Assembly: GCA_964552715.1 (NCBI GenBank)
Contig: CAZKHZ010000003.1
Span: 1-39,730, forward strand
Direction of reading: 5' to 3'
From: an uncultured Chitinophagaceae bacterium
GTDB taxonomy: Bacteria; Bacteroidota; Bacteroidia; Chitinophagales; LD1
Length of the DNA: 39,730 nt
Shown: one piece after another, positions 35,934 to 39,730 of the stretch
Position numbering within the stretch: the stretch's first letter is position 1
How the letters are laid out: each line of letters begins with the position of its first letter
The notes under the pieces: generated by a model
Database searches by the model: none
Told to the model about the DNA's origin: nothing
What the model saw: the letters and a program-made list of their open reading frames with translations, nothing else
Translations under genes and position numbers: made by a program

Positions 35934-38900
35934 TTATCTTACTAAAGTAGCTGTGCCTGTTTTAGTTACCTCTCGGCTATCTAGGTAAGTTACATTTAGC
36001 AGATAGGTATAAACCTCGGGATTTTGCATCACGCCTTTATAGCTTCCATCCCAATAATTAAATTGGTTGGTTGATTCAAAAATTTTTTCGCCCCAGCGAT
36101 TAAATATTCTCAAATCGAAATCACGAATACCAAAACCAAAAATTTCAAATCTATCGTTTGTCCCGTCTCCGTTTGGAGAGAATAAATTTGGAATAAACAA
36201 CTCGGGATTTCCTTCCACATTTACAACAACCGAGGTAGATGCAAAGCAGCCTTGATTATAATAAATGGTAAGAAAATATTCTGTTGATCTGCTGAATGGT
36301 GTTGCAATCGGGTTGGCACAATCCACACAATTTAAGCCTGTAGAAGGTGTCCAAGCATAACTTGTAATATCGCTTTGAGGATATGGTTTCAACAAACTAT
36401 TCAGTTGGATAGATTGACCCATTTGAATGGTTGAATCGTCAGGGAAAATATCAACGCTTGCTGGTAGCGGCTCAGGAACGGTAACAAAGAAAGTAGTATC
36501 GCATCCAAAATTATTCAGTGCATAAATTTTGTGCGGACCCCCAGCAAGGCTTGTGAAGTTTCCAGTTTGGGAAAATACATTACTGTCGTCAATTTTATAT
36601 TGATGTGGTGCATTCACCGCGGTTAAGCCAATTATGCGAATACTTCCATCTTTATACTCAGTGCCAAAGCAAGAGGTAGAATCTATGATAAGATCATAAA
36701 CATCTTTTGGTGGGGTGCCGATATTGACTAATGTCCCTGCTGTGCAATTTTGACCATCGGTAATTACAACTTGATAGGATGCAGGTGAAAGGTTTTTTAT
36801 TGTATCGCTAGCTCCGGGTAAAAAATTTATACCGTCAAATGAATAACTGAAACTGTAAGGTGTAGTTCCACCAATACCTGTAGGAATAATTTTTCCATCC
36901 GCTTTGCTACCACAAGATTCCGGAATGCCTATTGCTGTAACTTGCAATAGACCTGGTTGGCTGACCACTCTGCTAAATGTGTGTGTACATCCATTCGCAT
37001 CTGTTACAGTGCAATCGTAACTGTTGGCAATTAAATTGATTGCAATTTGACTAGTTTGAGTGTTGCTCCAAAGGAAAGTATAAGGTCCAGTTCCCCCTGA
37101 TGGGTTCGCATCAATGCTGCCATCATTATAAAGAAAACAGCTTACATCTTTTACTATTGGGTTTGCTGTTACAGGTAAAGGTTGAGTAACTGAAACTGAA
37201 GTTGAAGCTGAGCAATTGTTCCCATCAGTTACTGTTACAGTATAAGGCGCGGTAGCATTCAAATTCCCTGCAACTACAGTAGCATCTCCATTACTCCATA
37301 TATAAGTAAAATTTCCGGCTCCTCCCGATGCACTTACAGATGCACTTCCATCATTTCCGCCACCACAACGCACATTGCGTATTACGAGAGTAGTAAGTGA
37401 AATTGCTGATGGCTCTGTGATGGTATAGTTATCAGAAATAAAACAGCCGTTAGCATCAGCAACCACTAATTGATAGTTATTAGATGCAAGACCTGTATTG
37501 GTTGGTTGAGAAGGCGCGGAGTTGCTCCATACATAAGTGTAATTTGGTGATCCTCCCGAAACAGTTACCGATATTGAGCCAGTTGCCGCTCCATTACACA
37601 ATACATTTACAATTGTTGCAGGTTGGGCAAAAATCAATTGAGTTGGTTCGGTTATCGTGTATATTGCGGAGGTTGTACAGTTTTTTGAATCGGTTGCAGT
37701 CACGGTATAGCTTCCTGCAATTAGACTTGGATTGGTTTGTCCGATAGCACCAGCAGGGCTGCTCCAAGCATAAGTGTAGCCAGGTGTTCCACCAATAGGA
37801 TTGGCAGTGATACTACCTGTGCCAGTTCCAAAACAAGTAGCATTAATTATGGTAGGTGGCGATAGAGAAAAAGCAGGTTTATTATTTACAACAAATGAAT
37901 TTGTTCCAGTGCAATTATTAGGATTAGTTACTATTACAGCATACGTGTTGGGGGCAAGTCCATTAGGGTTTGCACCTACAGCACCATTTGTCCAAGTGTA
38001 GGTATAACTTCCAACAGGAGTAACATTAGTTGCAATAATTCCATCAACATCACCAAAACAACTTACATCAGAAACTGTTGCTGAAACTAGAATTTGTGTT
38101 GGCTGAGTAACAATTGCGGAGTCGGTAAGTGTACACAAACTATCATCTCTTACTGTTACCCTGTAAGTTCCAGCTAATAAGCTTGTAATTTGGTTTGTGT
38201 TACCCGGCACACTCCATTGGTAAGTGTATGGAGGCAATCCGCCTGATGGGTTAGCAGTTACAGTTCCATTATTTCCGCCAAAGCAGGTAACGTTTGTGAC
38301 TGTAAACGGATTAAACGAAATGCCATTAGCCGGTTGAGTAAGTGTATTAGATTGAGTAAGAGTACAGCTATTGGCATCAGTTACAAGCACAACATAAGTT
38401 GCGGCAGGAAGTGCTGTCGCATTCGGGCTATTCAAATTTGGATTGTGGCTCCATGAATAAGTATATTGTTGAGTACCACCAGATACAGAAACATTCACAA
38501 ATCCATCATTGCCATTCCGACATCTTATATTTTTTGTAACAGCAGTGCCAAAGGCAAGTGCAGTTGGTTGACTTACAACATAAGAACCTGTGGCAGTGCA
38601 ACCGTTAATATCTGTAACAGTTAACGCATAAGTATTTGCTGTAAGTGTTTGAATGGTATCATTGTTTGCAGAAGTAGGTGACCAATTGTAACTATAATTT
38701 GGTGTGCCACCATTCACTACAACCGATACAAACCCGTCATTGCCACCGTTGCACCTTACATTGCGCACGGTTTGTTGACTAACCGTCAGAATCAGTGGTT
38801 GTGTTGCTGTATATGAACCTGTTGCAGAACACCCTTTGCTATCTCTTACAGTAACTGAATAAGTAGCTGCTGATAGATTAGCTATTGAAGCTGTTACAGC

Positions 38901-39730
38901 ATTATTTGACCATAAGTAAGTATATGGCGGAACACCTCCGCCCGGTGTAGCAGTTGCAGAACCTGTTGCACCACCATTACAATTTACATTAGTGCCTGTA
39001 ACCAAAACTGTAGGCGGGGAAATAATCACATTCACTGTATCACGCGCTTGGCAACCGCTACTGGTGGCAATAACAATATATGGAGTTGTTGCCGCTGGCG
39101 TTGCTCGTGGATTAGCAATGCTGGCGTTATTCAAAGTGGGCGTAGGTGTCCAACTATACGTTACTCCACCCAAATTTCCTGTGGCTGTTGCATTTAATTG
39201 TGCTGTTCCTCCCTGGCAAATAACCGTATCAGTCCCTGCATTTACCTTTAATGAAGTATCCACCTGTACAGTAACATTATCAGAGCCTGGACATCCTTTA
39301 TTGAAAACACTTATTGTGTAAGTTTGGGTAAAAATAGGATTGGCTGTTGGACTTAAAGCTGTTCGATTAGAAACAGCGTTCAAACCAACATTAGGTGTCC
39401 ATGATAGTGAATCATAGCCTTGCGTTGCTTTAATAAAACGTGTATTAGGTCTCTGAGTTGATGCTATACCACCTGTAATTCCACATTGATTAGTTGCAGC
39501 ACTTGAGTAAACATAACTGTTGTAGGTTGTAGCTGTAACTCTTGCTTTGTTATTTGCACTGCCTTGAGTTTGATTACTCCAACATACGTCAACTAAAACA
39601 TTGCTTTGCCCGTCCCAGTCAAACCAGTTTGTTAAGTTATGAATGTTCCAAGCATTAACTGGCACGTAGTTTAGGGGACCAAACACAGTTTGCAAACCAT
39701 TATTTTGAAATTGATTGATAACACTATCTG
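35934..39730 (-). CDS. giant SprB-repeat adhesin with a T9SS type-B (gliding-motility-associated, CHU_C) C-terminal domain; 5' end lies beyond the window
   Basis: About 10-11 SprB-type repeats (for example VNCNGGATGSATATPGGGVPPYTYLWSNN, VTCFGGNNGTVTANPSGGLPPYTYQWS). C-terminus IPNLFSPNGDGTNDRFEIFGFGIRDFDLRIFNRWGEKIFES...YWDG. The frame stays open from 39695 to the window edge. Confidence 0.88.
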   Translation of the reverse strand, partial: DSVINQFQNNGLQTVFGPLNYVPVNAWNIHNLTNWFDWDGQSNVLVDVCWSNQTQGSANNKARVTATTYNSYVYSSAATNQCGITGGIASTQRPNTRFIKATQGYDSLSWTPNVGLNAVSNRTALSPTANPIFTQTYTISVFNKGCPGSDNVTVQVDTSLKVNAGTDTVICQGGTAQLNATATGNLGGVTYSWTPTPTLNNASIANPRATPAATTPYIVIATSSGCQARDTVNVIISPPTVLVTGTNVNCNGGATGSATATPGGGVPPYTYLWSNNAVTASIANLSAATYSVTVRDSKGCSATGSYTATQPLILTVSQQTVRNVRCNGGNDGFVSVVVNGGTPNYSYNWSPTSANNDTIQTLTANTYALTVTDINGCTATGSYVVSQPTALAFGTAVTKNIRCRNGNDGFVNVSVSGGTQQYTYSWSHNPNLNSPNATALPAATYVVLVTDANSCTLTQSNTLTQPANGISFNPFTVTNVTCFGGNNGTVTANPSGGLPPYTYQWSVPGNTNQITSLLAGTYRVTVRDDSLCTLTDSAIVTQPTQILVSATVSDVSCFGDVDGIIATNVTPVGSYTYTWTNGAVGANPNGLAPNTYAVIVTNPNNCTGTNSFVVNNKPAFSLSPPTIINATCFGTGTGSITANPIGGTPGYTYAWSSPAGAIGQTNPSLIAGSYTVTATDSKNCTTSAIYTITEPTQLIFAQPATIVNVLCNGAATGSISVTVSGGSPNYTYVWSNSAPSQPTNTGLASNNYQLVVADANGCFISDNYTITEPSAISLTTLVIRNVRCGGGNDGSASVSASGGAGNFTYIWSNGDATVVAGNLNATAPYTVTVTDGNNCSASTSVSVTQPLPVTANPIVKDVSCFLYNDGSIDANPSGGTGPYTFLWSNTQTSQIAINLIANSYDCTVTDANGCTHTFSRVVSQPGLLQVTAIGIPESCGSKADGKIIPTGIGGTTPYSFSYSFDGINFLPGASDTIKNLSPASYQVVITDGQNCTAGTLVNIGTPPKDVYDLIIDSTSCFGTEYKDGSIRIIGLTAVNAPHQYKIDDSNVFSQTGNFTSLAGGPHKIYALNNFGCDTTFFVTVPEPLPASVDIFPDDSTIQMGQSIQLNSLLKPYPQSDITSYAWTPSTGLNCVDCANPIATPFSRSTEYFLTIYYNQGCFASTSVVVNVEGNPELFIPNLFSPNGDGTNDRFEIFGFGIRDFDLRIFNRWGEKIFESTNQFNYWDGSYKGVMQNPEVYTYLLNVTYLDSREVTKTGTATLVR

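Overview
About 40 kb of chromosomal DNA that reads as Bacteroidota (FCB group). Supporting signs are T9SS type-A and type-B C-terminal sorting domains, a SprB-repeat adhesin, a DUF4397 protein, a long signal-peptide-bearing AtpB and a TAnnTTTG-type promoter motif. I make 26 protein-coding calls. I see no rRNA, tRNA, CRISPR, integrase, transposase or phage genes. Housekeeping genes are atpB-E-F-H (operon stops after atpH), greA, queA, holB, a class II HMG-CoA reductase, an acyl-CoA carboxyltransferase and a SufT-like/bacilliredoxin/PaaE-like reductase trio. These are interleaved with a large amount of envelope coding capacity: a POTRA-less Omp85-type barrel with a TolB-like propeller (867-4418), a polytopic-membrane patatin-like lipase (26323-28569), a GT-C-like membrane protein and two adjacent T9SS cargo genes (33945-39730). 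The best candidate for an undescribed system is the three-gene module at 12050-21975. It encodes a 1,261-aa CarboxypepD_reg+plug+barrel protein with no SusD partner. Next comes a 1,440-aa secreted protein with no nameable domain except a T9SS-CTD-like sandwich at its end. Last is a PorV-like barrel fused to an OmpA_C peptidoglycan-binding domain. Non-coding oddities worth a look are a 42-bp tandem repeat array in the 560-bp greA-queA spacer, convergent 8-bp-phased TGGAA/TTCCA pentamer arrays between the SufT-like and bacilliredoxin genes, a 121-nt nested-hairpin element upstream of holB, and an intrinsic-terminator-like hairpin inside the atp operon. All family assignments come from reading motifs in the supplied translations; no database search was run.
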